Shown: positions 50,911 to 60,999 of the stretch, one piece after another
Position numbering within the stretch: position 1 is the first letter of the stretch
Layout of the letters: each line of letters opens with the position of its first letter
Source of the DNA: an uncultured Chloroflexia bacterium
GTDB taxonomy: Bacteria; Chloroflexota; Chloroflexia; QHBQ01; JADMIH01
Reading direction: 5' to 3'
Length of the DNA: 64,000 nucleotides
NCBI GenBank assembly: GCA_963797095.1
Contig: CAWCNY010000002.1
Span: 608,001-672,000 of the forward strand
The notes under the pieces: generated by a model
Told to the model about the DNA's origin: nothing
Database searches by the model: none
The model's input: only the letters and a program-made list of their open reading frames with translations
Position numbers and translations under genes: made by a program

Positions 50911-53673
50911 ATGACAAACCGTATCGGCTTACAATTCGATTCCACAAGCCTCAATCTCGCGCCCGGTGATACTGGCCAGGTCAAGATCACCGCGACCAAC
51001 CTGGGAGATGTTGTCGATGCGTTCTCCCTGTCGGTTTCCGGCCTTGATCCCGCCTGGTACTCCCTCTCTACAGAAGAAGTCAGGCTCTTCCCCGACCAGT
51101 CATCAGAGGTTGTACTGCAAGTGCGATTGCCGCTGCCCACTCAGGGCAGCGCACCGGCAGGCACCTATCCCTTCACCCTGACAGCCGCCTCGCGAGATAA
51201 CCCGCTTGTGCACTCCACCAGTGACTTGACCTTATCCATCGCGACAGTTTCGGGCGACGTGGCGCTTGGCCTGGAACCCCAGCGCATCCGTGGCCGCCAG
51301 GGCCTCTATACGGCCATCATCGCCAACCAGGGCAATGCTCCCCTTACCCTGGCCCTCGACGCCACTGATCCCGACGAATCGCTCCGTTATGCTATAGGCA
51401 AGCCCATCCTCCAAACCGCACCGGATGCACCCCTCTCCAAAGCTACCGTACTTGGTGAAACGGTAGCGCAGGGCGCGGGCCACGTAGAGCACGATCTAGA
51501 ACTACCCCCAGGTGGCTCAGCCGTGGTCCCAATACATGTGACCACCCAAAAGCGCATCTGGACGGGCAAAGAGCGTTCCTTCGCCTTCACCATCAGTTCC
51601 CACCCCCCCGGAGTTGAATGGGAACCCGGCGAGGCACGCATGGCGCAGGGCGAATTGACCTACCGGCCTCTTTTCGCCGCCTGGGCGGGCTTGCCTATCG
51701 TGTTGCGCCGCGCCCTTGCCATTGGCCTCCCCTTGCTGGTGCTAGCCATCGTGGCGTTTGTCCTCATCAAGAACCAGAGTGACCAGCAGGCCAACGCCAA
51801 TGCAACCGCCAATGCCAACGCCACGGGCACGGCAGTAGCGGCCCAAACCCAGACAGCCGTAGCTGCCATAGCTTCCCAAACTGCCTTCGCCGACAACGCT
51901 AACAGGTCAGCCACTCAAACAGCCCAGGCAGCCATCGAAGAGACCAGGGTGGCTCAAGCGGCCCAGCCCTCAACTACTTCCGTCACCTCCCAGGTAGAGA
52001 CGCCTACCGTTGCCCTGGCCGAAAAACTGCCCCCGGTGGTCAACTGGTTCGGGCTGGCCATACCCCCAAACAACCTTCCCTCTGGCAAGATCAACCTGGA
52101 GTGGAACGTCACGGGCGCTGACAACGTTCAGGTCCAACTGGCCGGAAAGCGGGCCCCCTTGCCCGACAGGCCCACCACCAACCTGCTCGACTACCATCTC
52201 GATGCGGCAGGCGCTGAGCAGGTGGCTTCCAGCACATTGAGCGTGCTCCTGGTGCGCCCTCCGGCCATCGGGCGATTCACCGTGACAGACGGGATCACCT
52301 CCGGCAGCGTGATCACCGTCAGCGCGGGCACCGTCGTCACCTTTACCTGGAATGTCCTGGGAGCAAACGCGGGTCAGATCGACACGACCCCCGTAGACCT
52401 TAGCCCTGCCGGACCCGGCCACTGGCTAACCATCCCACCCGAAACGCATCGCTACATCCTGTGCGCCTCCAACCAGGCAGGCTCCGTCTGCAAATCGGCC
52501 AAAGTGGTCGTAATACGTGGCGGCATAATGGGCGTTCTTGGCACGCCCTACCAGGACCCCGTTGACTGCCTTACGGGCACCACCAGCATTCTTATCGGTG
52601 ACTCCAACTTCTTGCCGTCTGATGTGACAATAAACGCGGGCACCACCATCCGTTGGTTCAACAGTGGCACTGTGCCCCATAACACCAACGACACCAAAGG
52701 AGCGTGGACCAGCGGTCCCATCCCCCCCAACCAGATCTTCCAGTTCACGTTCGATAGACCCCAGACCTACAAATACCATGCGACCATCGGCTCCAACGCC
52801 ACCGGTACCATCCTCGTGAAGCCCGGTTGCGCTACCCCCACGCCCACCCCCACCGTCACAACCACGCCTGTGCCGACCGATACCCCTGCGAGCGTGCCCA
52901 CAGAAATCCCTGGCGAAGTGCCGCCTACTGATACTCCTGGTGGCGTTCCGCCCACCGCCACCGCCTCCAATACACCCACCCCCATCTCCGGCAACTCTTC
53001 GAATACCACGCCTGAGCCTGGTGCGACGGATACCCCTCAGGTGCCCGTCTCGCAACCCACCGATACGCCGGAGCCGCCTAACCGGCCAACCAGGACTCCC
53101 ACACCACGACTCATACCAACCGCACCGCCTCCCCCACCTCCGCCTCCGCCTACTCTGCCACCCACCAAGCCGCCGGTGCCAACCGATACCCCCATACCAA
53201 CCAATACATACAGTCCCGTGCCGACGAATACCTATACGCCTACTCCTGCCCCAACCGATACCTCCATCCCGCTCCCCACAGATACCTCTATACCTTCGTG
53301 CACTTCGTGGTCAACGGACGAAGGTTACGACATAGGTTGTACCATCTCAGCTAGATGGTACATTTCAGGAGGCTGCCCGCCTTACACCATCACGCTACGC
53401 GTTTCCACCAGTTGTCATCCTACAGCACAAGTTGTGACCCAGCAGACTACGGATACGCAGGGTATTATTGAGGCCGATGGCTGCCCTCAGTCCCAGTACG
53501 GTGTTACAGGATCTCTAACCATGCGAGACTCCGCCGGTAATTCGACTTCTGTGCCTCTTCCAAGCCAGGGCTCTTGTGCCAGTCTAGGCATATATGTCAA
53601 CTTCGATGACCTTGCTCAGAACCAAACTTCTCAGGAGACACAGCTACAGTCTTGCATCCTGGCAGACAGATAA
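50911..53673 (+). CDS. Paralogous single-pass membrane protein with a cupredoxin-like domain and Pro/Thr-rich tail
   Basis: Same N-terminal module (TNLGDVVDAF, VRLFP, PPGVEWEPGEAR), a TM helix, and FLPSDVTINAGTTIRWFN...PHN. Confidence 0.75.
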   Translation: MTNRIGLQFDSTSLNLAPGDTGQVKITATNLGDVVDAFSLSVSGLDPAWYSLSTEEVRLFPDQSSEVVLQVRLPLPTQGSAPAGTYPFTLTAASRDNPLVHSTSDLTLSIATVSGDVALGLEPQRIRGRQGLYTAIIANQGNAPLTLALDATDPDESLRYAIGKPILQTAPDAPLSKATVLGETVAQGAGHVEHDLELPPGGSAVVPIHVTTQKRIWTGKERSFAFTISSHPPGVEWEPGEARMAQGELTYRPLFAAWAGLPIVLRRALAIGLPLLVLAIVAFVLIKNQSDQQANANATANANATGTAVAAQTQTAVAAIASQTAFADNANRSATQTAQAAIEETRVAQAAQPSTTSVTSQVETPTVALAEKLPPVVNWFGLAIPPNNLPSGKINLEWNVTGADNVQVQLAGKRAPLPDRPTTNLLDYHLDAAGAEQVASSTLSVLLVRPPAIGRFTVTDGITSGSVITVSAGTVVTFTWNVLGANAGQIDTTPVDLSPAGPGHWLTIPPETHRYILCASNQAGSVCKSAKVVVIRGGIMGVLGTPYQDPVDCLTGTTSILIGDSNFLPSDVTINAGTTIRWFNSGTVPHNTNDTKGAWTSGPIPPNQIFQFTFDRPQTYKYHATIGSNATGTILVKPGCATPTPTPTVTTTPVPTDTPASVPTEIPGEVPPTDTPGGVPPTATASNTPTPISGNSSNTTPEPGATDTPQVPVSQPTDTPEPPNRPTRTPTPRLIPTAPPPPPPPPPTLPPTKPPVPTDTPIPTNTYSPVPTNTYTPTPAPTDTSIPLPTDTSIPSCTSWSTDEGYDIGCTISARWYISGGCPPYTITLRVSTSCHPTAQVVTQQTTDTQGIIEADGCPQSQYGVTGSLTMRDSAGNSTSVPLPSQGSCASLGIYVNFDDLAQNQTSQETQLQSCILADR

Positions 53674-53783
53674 CAGGGCTATCTGGTTCCAAAAACAAAC
53701 CTGAGACATCCCGTATTTTGGGAGCGTCCTATGTTAATGGAACAGCCTGAAGGTTGTGATGCTAACGGAATTCCTGGATGTCA

Positions 53784-53987
53784 AGTCCCGTAGGGACGCA
53801 AGAGAGTAGCCTAGAGCTTACACCTTGTGGATAGTATGCCACCCCCCATATAGTCCCGGAGGGACGGCAGAACATAGCCCAGGGCGTAAGCCCTGTGGTA
53901 AGCCCAAGACAATAAATACGATAGTCCCATAGGGACGTAATAGCATTGCATTGGTGGATCACAAGCTATTACGCCTTACGGGACTAT
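53784..53987. repeat. REP/BIME-like palindrome cluster, same family as 42504-42710
   Basis: AGTCCCGTAGGGACG and TAGCCCAGGGCGTAAGCCCTGTGG units with an inverted terminal copy. Confidence 0.85.
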
Positions 53988-54173
53988 CTTATTGTGGCTC
54001 TATCACTCTCAGAATTCGCCATAACTCATATCTATCGTTGGAAAGCACGGCAAAAAGCCATTACCGGGCTACTCCTGTATGAGAAACTGTCCGACTCATG
54101 CGTTCCGATTAAGTGGCATAATATTTCTGCGATAACATCGCCGGTTGGAGTATAGGAACCTGTGGAGGGTGTG

Positions 54174-56501
54174 ATGAAGAAGTTTGCTGCCCTGACAATC
54201 TCCCTTTTTGCCCTCGTGGCGCTTGGCCTCCTCATAGCGCGCGTCACCGAAGCGGAAGCTCCAGGCCCTAATCTCGCAGCCCCATCAGCGCCCGCGCCCC
54301 TCGGTGGCACGCCCACTCCTACCGAGTGTGCCCTCACCTATACCTACACCGTCTCGGCTGGCACACCCGTACCCGCCAACAACCCGGTGCCCGGTACTCA
54401 GTGCTTTGGTTGCACCGCCCCCATAACTCTCCCCTTCCCCTTCACGTTCTACGGCCAGACCTACACCTCCGCAAATGTCTCCCCTGAAGGCAACTTGCAA
54501 TTCACCACTGCAAGCACCTCCCTGGAAAGCTGTCCTTTTCCTTATCCTCAGCTTGGCCCCTCAATCATGCCCTACTGGTGCGACTGCATCGATACAACCT
54601 GGACCGATTTTTGCGTGGATTACTACTACGGGCTGCCGTGCGGCGTCTACACCTCTACATCCGGCACGGCTCCCAACCGTATCTACAACATCCAATGGTT
54701 TGGCCGCCAGCAAGGCAGTAATCACGAACCCTTCAACTTCGAGATCCGCCTCTACGAAACCTCCAACCTGATCGATTTCGCCTACGGCACCGGGGTGATG
54801 TTCGGCTATGGCACCACGATAGGCGTGCAAGACGGAAGCTCTCAGTACACCTCCTACCTCTGCAATACATCAACCAACTTGCAGAACACCGTTATACAGT
54901 GGTCCCCTTCCTACCCACCGTCTTGCCCCACCTACACGCCAATATTTACTCCCACTGCCAGCCCGACCGAGTGCACAACGGGATATTCGTATGAAATATC
55001 ATCAGGCGCTATCGTATCGGGAACTACCCTCCTTGCTGGTTCCCAATGCGGCCACTGCCTAGCACCCGTCAATCTTCCCTTCTCGTTCACCTACTATGGG
55101 CAGACATACAGCACCGCCAATGTGTCCTCATACGGCCAACTCCAATTCACCACAACCGATACATCGACCAGTAGCTGCCCCTTCCCCTACCCGCAACTTG
55201 GCCCGGCCATCCTCCCCGACTGGGACGATGCCCTCGATATGGGCCAGACGATCATCTGCCAGAATCTCGTAGGGAGGCCGTGCGGCATCTACACCTCCGT
55301 TTCAGGCACAGCCCCCAATCGCATCTTCAACATCGAATGGCTTGCCCGCCGAGCCGGGTCCAGCACCTACATCGACAATTTCGAATTACACCTCTACGAG
55401 ACTACCAATGTCTTTGACTTCGTCTACGGCATATTGCGTCCCCCTCCTTCGGGCCATTTCAGCGTTGTTGGCATACAGGATGGCTCCAGTTCCTACATTA
55501 GCTTTGCCTGTTATACAGACAATGGTATCTACCAGGACCTACTGGTAAGATGGACCCCCGCCTCTTGCAGCACTACTCCCACCCCTGTCTCTACCTCCAC
55601 AAGCACATCGACATCCACACCTCTCCCCTCTACTGCTACCACAACCCCAACATCTACCCCAACCTCATCCTCTACGACCACAGTCGCGGTCCCAACCGGC
55701 ACGCCAACAGGCACTCCCCTCGCACTCACCGCCACCGGTACGCCGGCCGATACCACAACAAGCACCCCTGTCCTCTCCACCGAAACCGCTACGTCCACAC
55801 CATCTGTACCACCGACCTCAACCAACACGCCTGAGGCCACACCTACACCCATCTTGCCCACCGTAACAGGCACACCCACAACCTGCACTATCCAATTTAC
55901 AGACATGCCGGAAGGAAGCACGTTCTATTCTTACATACAATGCCTCGCCTGCCGTGGCATAATCAACGGCTACTCTGATGGCACCTTCAAACCCGAAAAC
56001 AACGTCACAAGGGGACAGCTTGCCAAAATAGTGTCCAACTCTGCGGACTTCTCCGACACCCCAGGTCCGCAACAATTCGAGGATGTGCCTCCCGGCTCAA
56101 CCTTTTACGACTTTGTCTGGCGGCTGGCCGTCAGGAACATAGTCAGCGGCTACCCATGCGGCGGTCCCGGTGAGCCGTGCGGGTTAGGCGGTCTCCCCTA
56201 TTTCCGCCCCAATGCCAACATCACTAGAGGGCAGATAAGCAAAATAGTCTCGGAAGCGGCGGGTTTCCACGACACCCCTGGCGCGCAACAATTCGAGGAT
56301 GTGCTTCCCGGCTCCACTTTCTACGGCTACATCTGGCGGTTGGCCGACCGCGACATCATGAATGGTTACCCATGCGGCGGCCCCGGCGAGCCGTGCGGAT
56401 CGGGCAATCTCCCCTACTTCCGACCGGGAGCCAACGCCACTCGCGGCCAGGCCAGCAAAATAGTTGCCAACACCTTCTTCCCTGGCTGCTCCACGCGTTA
56501 G
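54174..56501 (+). CDS. Secreted SLH-domain protein with two tandem Cys-containing beta domains
   Basis: Signal peptide MKKFAALTISL. Duplicated LPFxFTxYGQTY..ANVS..G.LQF...SGTAPNRIxNIxW module, Thr-rich linker and three SLH repeats. Confidence 0.88.
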   Translation: MKKFAALTISLFALVALGLLIARVTEAEAPGPNLAAPSAPAPLGGTPTPTECALTYTYTVSAGTPVPANNPVPGTQCFGCTAPITLPFPFTFYGQTYTSANVSPEGNLQFTTASTSLESCPFPYPQLGPSIMPYWCDCIDTTWTDFCVDYYYGLPCGVYTSTSGTAPNRIYNIQWFGRQQGSNHEPFNFEIRLYETSNLIDFAYGTGVMFGYGTTIGVQDGSSQYTSYLCNTSTNLQNTVIQWSPSYPPSCPTYTPIFTPTASPTECTTGYSYEISSGAIVSGTTLLAGSQCGHCLAPVNLPFSFTYYGQTYSTANVSSYGQLQFTTTDTSTSSCPFPYPQLGPAILPDWDDALDMGQTIICQNLVGRPCGIYTSVSGTAPNRIFNIEWLARRAGSSTYIDNFELHLYETTNVFDFVYGILRPPPSGHFSVVGIQDGSSSYISFACYTDNGIYQDLLVRWTPASCSTTPTPVSTSTSTSTSTPLPSTATTTPTSTPTSSSTTTVAVPTGTPTGTPLALTATGTPADTTTSTPVLSTETATSTPSVPPTSTNTPEATPTPILPTVTGTPTTCTIQFTDMPEGSTFYSYIQCLACRGIINGYSDGTFKPENNVTRGQLAKIVSNSADFSDTPGPQQFEDVPPGSTFYDFVWRLAVRNIVSGYPCGGPGEPCGLGGLPYFRPNANITRGQISKIVSEAAGFHDTPGAQQFEDVLPGSTFYGYIWRLADRDIMNGYPCGGPGEPCGSGNLPYFRPGANATRGQASKIVANTFFPGCSTR

Positions 56502-56657
56502 TTCCTGTAGGGACACCCCTTGTGGGCGCCCTGGTAGGGAAGATCGAGGTGTACAAACAGGGTACCCACAAGGGGCAATGTTGTCGCATAAACCCACGAA
56601 CGTGGCCCAAGCGCAGGCGTTGCTAACGGGTGCCCTGTCCATACACCATCCCAACAT

Positions 56658-56704
56658 AGTCCCGTAGGGACGCAAGAGAGTAGCCCAGGGCGTAAGCCCT
56701 GTGG
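56658..56704. repeat. Single REP-like unit of the same family
   Basis: AGTCCCGTAGGGACGCAAGAGAGTAGCCCAGGGCGTAAGCCCTGTGG. Confidence 0.85.
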
Positions 56705-56941
56705 ATGGAATGCCGCCCAAGCCAGGTAATGCATTGCAGTAGCTTTGGATGCAATTTGCAGCCATTGTGCTCCACTTTCGGTTCAGCAGGCGGGGCCCTT
56801 CTTTACGCATTTCGGTCGACCAGTATAATGGAAAATGTAGAATGTGAAAGCGGAATATGGAATTAAACAACCAAGGCAATAGATACGAATAAAGCCTCCT
56901 CACAGCCGAGCGCACATCTCCCCTCTGTCCCCGCTACGCCC

Positions 56942-58885
56942 TTGACGGCGATCATGCAGGCAATCGCCGCCGGGCTGGACGTCCCACGAATCTTTGACAT
57001 CGTGGCCCAACAGGCTGAGCATGTGCTGGCGTATAACGCCCTTGCCGTGCTGTTGCGTCCGGATGCGATGGTTGCATGGGAGGCCGAGGACGCCAGGAAC
57101 ACAGACGATGCCCATGAGCTCGCCGTCGCCTTCTGCAATCCCCCGGTCGTGGAGGTAGGCCGGTCCTGGCCGTTCAGCGACTTCTCATTTGGCCCCGCTC
57201 TGCTCGCCAATCAGCCGGTCGTCGTCACAGACTTCGCAGCCACCGCGAACCAGCACGCAGGTGATATGCTCCTTTTGGAGCATATTGGACACGCCGGAGT
57301 GATTGTGCCTATTGCAGCGGCTCCTCACGTACTGGGCGGGCTTGTTGTCATCAGCAATACGCCAGGCATCCATGGCCCTGAGGATGTGCTTCTGGTGGAG
57401 CCCATCGCCAACCTGCTCGCTGTGGCGCTGGAACATCGCCGCCTGGATGAACGTGCCCGCGCCCTGGCCGTCGTTGAGGAGCGCAATCGCATTGCGCGAG
57501 AAATCCATGACACACTGGCTCAGTCGCTCGCCGGCATTATAATCAACCTCGAATCCCTCAAACCCTACAAAGCGAGGCGAAGGCGAGCGGACGCCGATGT
57601 CCTAGCCGAAACTGAGGCACTGGCACGTGGCGCTTTGGAGGAGGCTCGGCGCTCCGTTCTGGGGCTGCACCCAACGCCTCTGCAGCACCAGTCGCTACAT
57701 GACGCCCTGGCAGTGGAGCTATCAGGACTTGCGAAACGGGCTGGCATCACAACCCAGTTCTACGTCAATGGGGTCGAACGTCTGCTGGCCCCTGACCTGG
57801 CAACAGCGCTATTCCGAGTAGCCCAGGAAGCCTTTCAGAATATATACAAGCATGCCGCCGCCCGCCACGTCATCCTGGGGTTGGCGTTCGAGGAGGGAGC
57901 CGTCGTCCTCACGGTCGAAGACGACGGGGTCGGCTTTGTGCCCGGAGCTCCGGGCACTACAAGTAATAAAGGTACAACGAGGGCTACCGCACCGAGAGAT
58001 GAAGGCGGCTTCGGCCTGCTGAGCATGGCGGCGCGGGCGCGTATCCTGGGCGGGGATCTGCTTGTCACCAGCCACCCTGGACATGGCACTGCTGTACGCG
58101 CCACCATTCCCTACATCCGCTCGGGTACCACTATGGCCGCTGTTATGCTACCCGTGCAGGATACCCTGCTTGAGGCTCTACGCGAGCCTTCCGCTTGGCC
58201 TCCCCCTGTTGATCTGGTAAGTCTTCCTCATTCGGACGCTCGCCACATCCGCGTCCTGATCGTGGACGACCACTCTATTGTGAGGCAAGGCATCCGCCAC
58301 ATCCTCGAGGGGCAACCGGACATAGAGATCGTAGGGGAGGCGGAAAATGGCCTGGCGGCAATCCAGCAGGTGACCCGCCTGCATCCTGACGTCGTCCTCC
58401 TGGATTTGCAGATGCCCGGGCTGTCGGGCATCGAAGCACTACCCCGGTTGCGAGCGGCGCACCCGGCGGTTGAAGTGGTCATATTGACCGTGTTCGACCA
58501 GGATGAGGAGGTCTTCGCCGGCCTCAAGGCGGGGGCGCGGGGCTACTTGCTCAAGGACGCAACACCTGCGACCGTTATAGCCGCTGTGCGCGCCGCAGGC
58601 AGTGGAAAGTCTTCGCTCGCTCCCGCGCTGGCGACCAGGGTGATGGACCGCTTTGCCGTGCTGGCTCGGCGGGAAGTGGATCCTGACGCGCTGACCAAGC
58701 GCGAGATGGATATCCTGGGTTGCATGGCTCAAGGTATGCCCTACAAGCAGATAGGCGCGCAACTGAACATCACGACCAAGACGGTGCAGTACCACGTAAG
58801 GAACATCCTGCAGAAACTCCAAGTCGCTAGCCGTGGCGAGGCAGTGGCTGTGGCAACGGAGAGGGGATTACTGAGCCGAGCGTAA
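56942..58885 (+). CDS. Fused sensor-regulator: GAF-HisKA_3-HATPase-REC-LuxR HTH; start uncertain
   Basis: ERNRIAREIHDTLAQ, QEAFQNIYKHA, EDDGVGF, GFGL, VDDH, LLDLQMP, YLLKD and LTKREMDIL...VQYHVRNILQKL in one frame. Confidence 0.92.
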   Translation: MTAIMQAIAAGLDVPRIFDIVAQQAEHVLAYNALAVLLRPDAMVAWEAEDARNTDDAHELAVAFCNPPVVEVGRSWPFSDFSFGPALLANQPVVVTDFAATANQHAGDMLLLEHIGHAGVIVPIAAAPHVLGGLVVISNTPGIHGPEDVLLVEPIANLLAVALEHRRLDERARALAVVEERNRIAREIHDTLAQSLAGIIINLESLKPYKARRRRADADVLAETEALARGALEEARRSVLGLHPTPLQHQSLHDALAVELSGLAKRAGITTQFYVNGVERLLAPDLATALFRVAQEAFQNIYKHAAARHVILGLAFEEGAVVLTVEDDGVGFVPGAPGTTSNKGTTRATAPRDEGGFGLLSMAARARILGGDLLVTSHPGHGTAVRATIPYIRSGTTMAAVMLPVQDTLLEALREPSAWPPPVDLVSLPHSDARHIRVLIVDDHSIVRQGIRHILEGQPDIEIVGEAENGLAAIQQVTRLHPDVVLLDLQMPGLSGIEALPRLRAAHPAVEVVILTVFDQDEEVFAGLKAGARGYLLKDATPATVIAAVRAAGSGKSSLAPALATRVMDRFAVLARREVDPDALTKREMDILGCMAQGMPYKQIGAQLNITTKTVQYHVRNILQKLQVASRGEAVAVATERGLLSRA

Positions 58886-58956
58886 TGGAATGACCAATGT
58901 TGCCCGATAATGCTCGATGATGCCAGCGCCGGGTGGCGTGTATTGCCGGTAGATAG

Positions 58957-58983
58957 AATACCCTGGTCCGAGACCAGGGTATT
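58957..58983. promoter_or_regulatory. 12-bp perfect inverted repeat (operator or hairpin)
   Basis: AATACCCTGGTC-CGA-GACCAGGGTATT, between the fused regulator and the next gene. Confidence 0.5.
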
Positions 58984-59086
58984 TGTGTGTCTGCAGACTA
59001 GCGGGATTACCGGGGTGCGGCGGGTGCAACGGAGCCATAATTGTAGATGTACAGAACTAAGATTCACGACCTCAAGGAGGGACATC

Positions 59087-59488
59087 ATGAATATTTGGAA
59101 TCAACTCACCGCCAGCTTCGTCCCCAGAGCAGATATGCTCGACTTCGCCCAGGACGCAACGCCCTCGGCTGACGAGTGGCTGGTGGCCTTCACGGAGAGC
59201 TTCATGCGGTTCCACGACGCCGAGCACGCTACGCGCACGCTCATGTCGGGCTTACGCTTCTTCACTGCCGAGTTTGTCGCTGACATTGCCTCTTTACCGT
59301 CTCCAGAGACGCGCCAGCCCCCGATAGGTGGCAGCATACCCAGGGCTATCTATGCGGCCACCGGTCCCATTATCGAAGACGTCTATCAGAAGGTTATCCG
59401 CCGCAATGCCGGGCGTGGGCAAATTCAGGCCGCGTTTGCGCAAGCTGTGCCTGTCCTGGTAGGCGAATACAACCACAGCATGCGTTAG
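59087..59488 (+). CDS. Hypothetical protein
   Basis: ATG behind AAGGAGG; no recognisable motif. Confidence 0.55.
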   Translation: MNIWNQLTASFVPRADMLDFAQDATPSADEWLVAFTESFMRFHDAEHATRTLMSGLRFFTAEFVADIASLPSPETRQPPIGGSIPRAIYAATGPIIEDVYQKVIRRNAGRGQIQAAFAQAVPVLVGEYNHSMR

Positions 59489-59496
59489 GTAGCACA

Positions 59497-59901
59497 ATGA
59501 AAAGTGCACCTATTCGCGTGTTGATTGCGGACGGCGATCCTCTGGTCTGCCGAGCTCTCGCACGCTTGCTCCGCAATCGCTCAGGCGTGGAAGTTATTGC
59601 CACCTCGGTTGATCGAGACCAAGTTCTGGAACTTGCCGGTCAGTTCCACCCTGGCGTAGCCCTGGTGGATGCCGGCACGCACCGAACCGGCCGATTGGAC
59701 GGTATGGAGGTAACGCGGAGCCTATCCCAACGCTTCCCGGCGACGAGGGTTATCGTCCTGGGCGTCTACTCGACCATGCGCGACCATGCGCTCACCGCCG
59801 GGGCCTGCCGGTTTCTGCTGAAGGATTGCTCGGGCGACACTTTAGTTGAGGCTATCCGGTTGGCGGTGGGCGGAGAGTGCGAGGGCGTCCTGACGAGATG
59901 A
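59497..59901 (+). CDS. Single-domain response regulator (REC only)
   Basis: Motifs IRVLIADGD, VALVD and FLLKD. Confidence 0.85.
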   Translation: MKSAPIRVLIADGDPLVCRALARLLRNRSGVEVIATSVDRDQVLELAGQFHPGVALVDAGTHRTGRLDGMEVTRSLSQRFPATRVIVLGVYSTMRDHALTAGACRFLLKDCSGDTLVEAIRLAVGGECEGVLTR

Positions 59902-59964
59902 GTGGGCGCGACTCGCTCGCTTGCGGAACATGCTATCAAAGCAAACCCAAAGGAGATAAATCCT

Positions 59965-60294
59965 ATGCCTGGCTTGAACATGAGTAATTCCAACGATACC
60001 CGGGTTGCTACGGGTAAGCTAAAGGACGGTTGGACCTACGACGTTAGGAGCATCCCGAGAACCAACACGTACTATGCAACCGTCCTGCACCCTTACGGAG
60101 ACGCAGCATCCGGAGGCGCGCCGTGGCCTATCGAAGACCCCACCCTGGGCGCAGATTCGGGTCACCCAACGTACCCGACCATTGAGGAGGCCGCCTCCGC
60201 CGCTCGTGGGTATGTTGATATCTTGAGTGACCTGCCGGGCTACCCTGACCCGGATAAGATGAGTACTAGAGGCTTTCGTCCCACGCTCTGGTAG
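59965..60294 (+). CDS. Hypothetical protein
   Basis: ATG behind AAGGAG. Confidence 0.55.
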   Translation: MPGLNMSNSNDTRVATGKLKDGWTYDVRSIPRTNTYYATVLHPYGDAASGGAPWPIEDPTLGADSGHPTYPTIEEAASAARGYVDILSDLPGYPDPDKMSTRGFRPTLW

Positions 60295-60377
60295 AAGGTA
60301 CCTGCCATTTATGGTCGGAGCAACTAAGAACCGCGGTAGTAGGAAGTAACCCAAGAAAGAAACCAGGGAGGGCTTCA

Positions 60378-60953
60378 ATGAAATTCTCAGAACTGAAGGG
60401 CCGAGCTGTTGTCAACCTCGAAGATGCCAGGAAGATTGGTGAAGTCGAGGACTTGATGGTTGAACCCGAAAGCCACCACATAGCGAGCGTTAAGGTGAGA
60501 ACGGGCATGTTTCACGCGGCGCAGGTAATACCTGTGGCCGACGTCAAGAATGTCGGCGGCGATGCCGTTACGATCTCCACCGGCTCAGGCGTGGCCAATA
60601 TGACCGGCATGACTGAATCCAACGCCGCACAGCATATGGCAGCGTCGCAGAACGGCAGTGCCGGGGGTACTACAACTGTCACGAGCCCCGTAGGCTCCGT
60701 AGGTTCCATGGGTTCCCAGCCCCTTATTGAGATAACCAGCATTCTGGGCAACAAGGTGGTGACAGATGCAGGTACGATGGTTGGCGAGCTTCGCGATGTC
60801 ATGGTTGACTGGGTTGACCTGACGATAACGGGCTATGAGGTGCACGATGGCAGCATGTTCGGCAAAGCTCAGGAGTTTGGGGATACACCGGACGTGCATT
60901 ATGGGAACAAACTGATCACCATACCGGCCCAACTCCTGAACCACCCCAACTAA
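60378..60953 (+). CDS. Tandem PRC-barrel domain protein
   Basis: SELKGRAVVNLEDARKIGEVEDL and ILGNKVVTDAGTMVGELRDV. Confidence 0.88.
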   Translation: MKFSELKGRAVVNLEDARKIGEVEDLMVEPESHHIASVKVRTGMFHAAQVIPVADVKNVGGDAVTISTGSGVANMTGMTESNAAQHMAASQNGSAGGTTTVTSPVGSVGSMGSQPLIEITSILGNKVVTDAGTMVGELRDVMVDWVDLTITGYEVHDGSMFGKAQEFGDTPDVHYGNKLITIPAQLLNHPN

Positions 60954-60999
60954 CAGGTGCGTAGAGATACGCTTTCATAAATGCGAGAGGCATAACACC

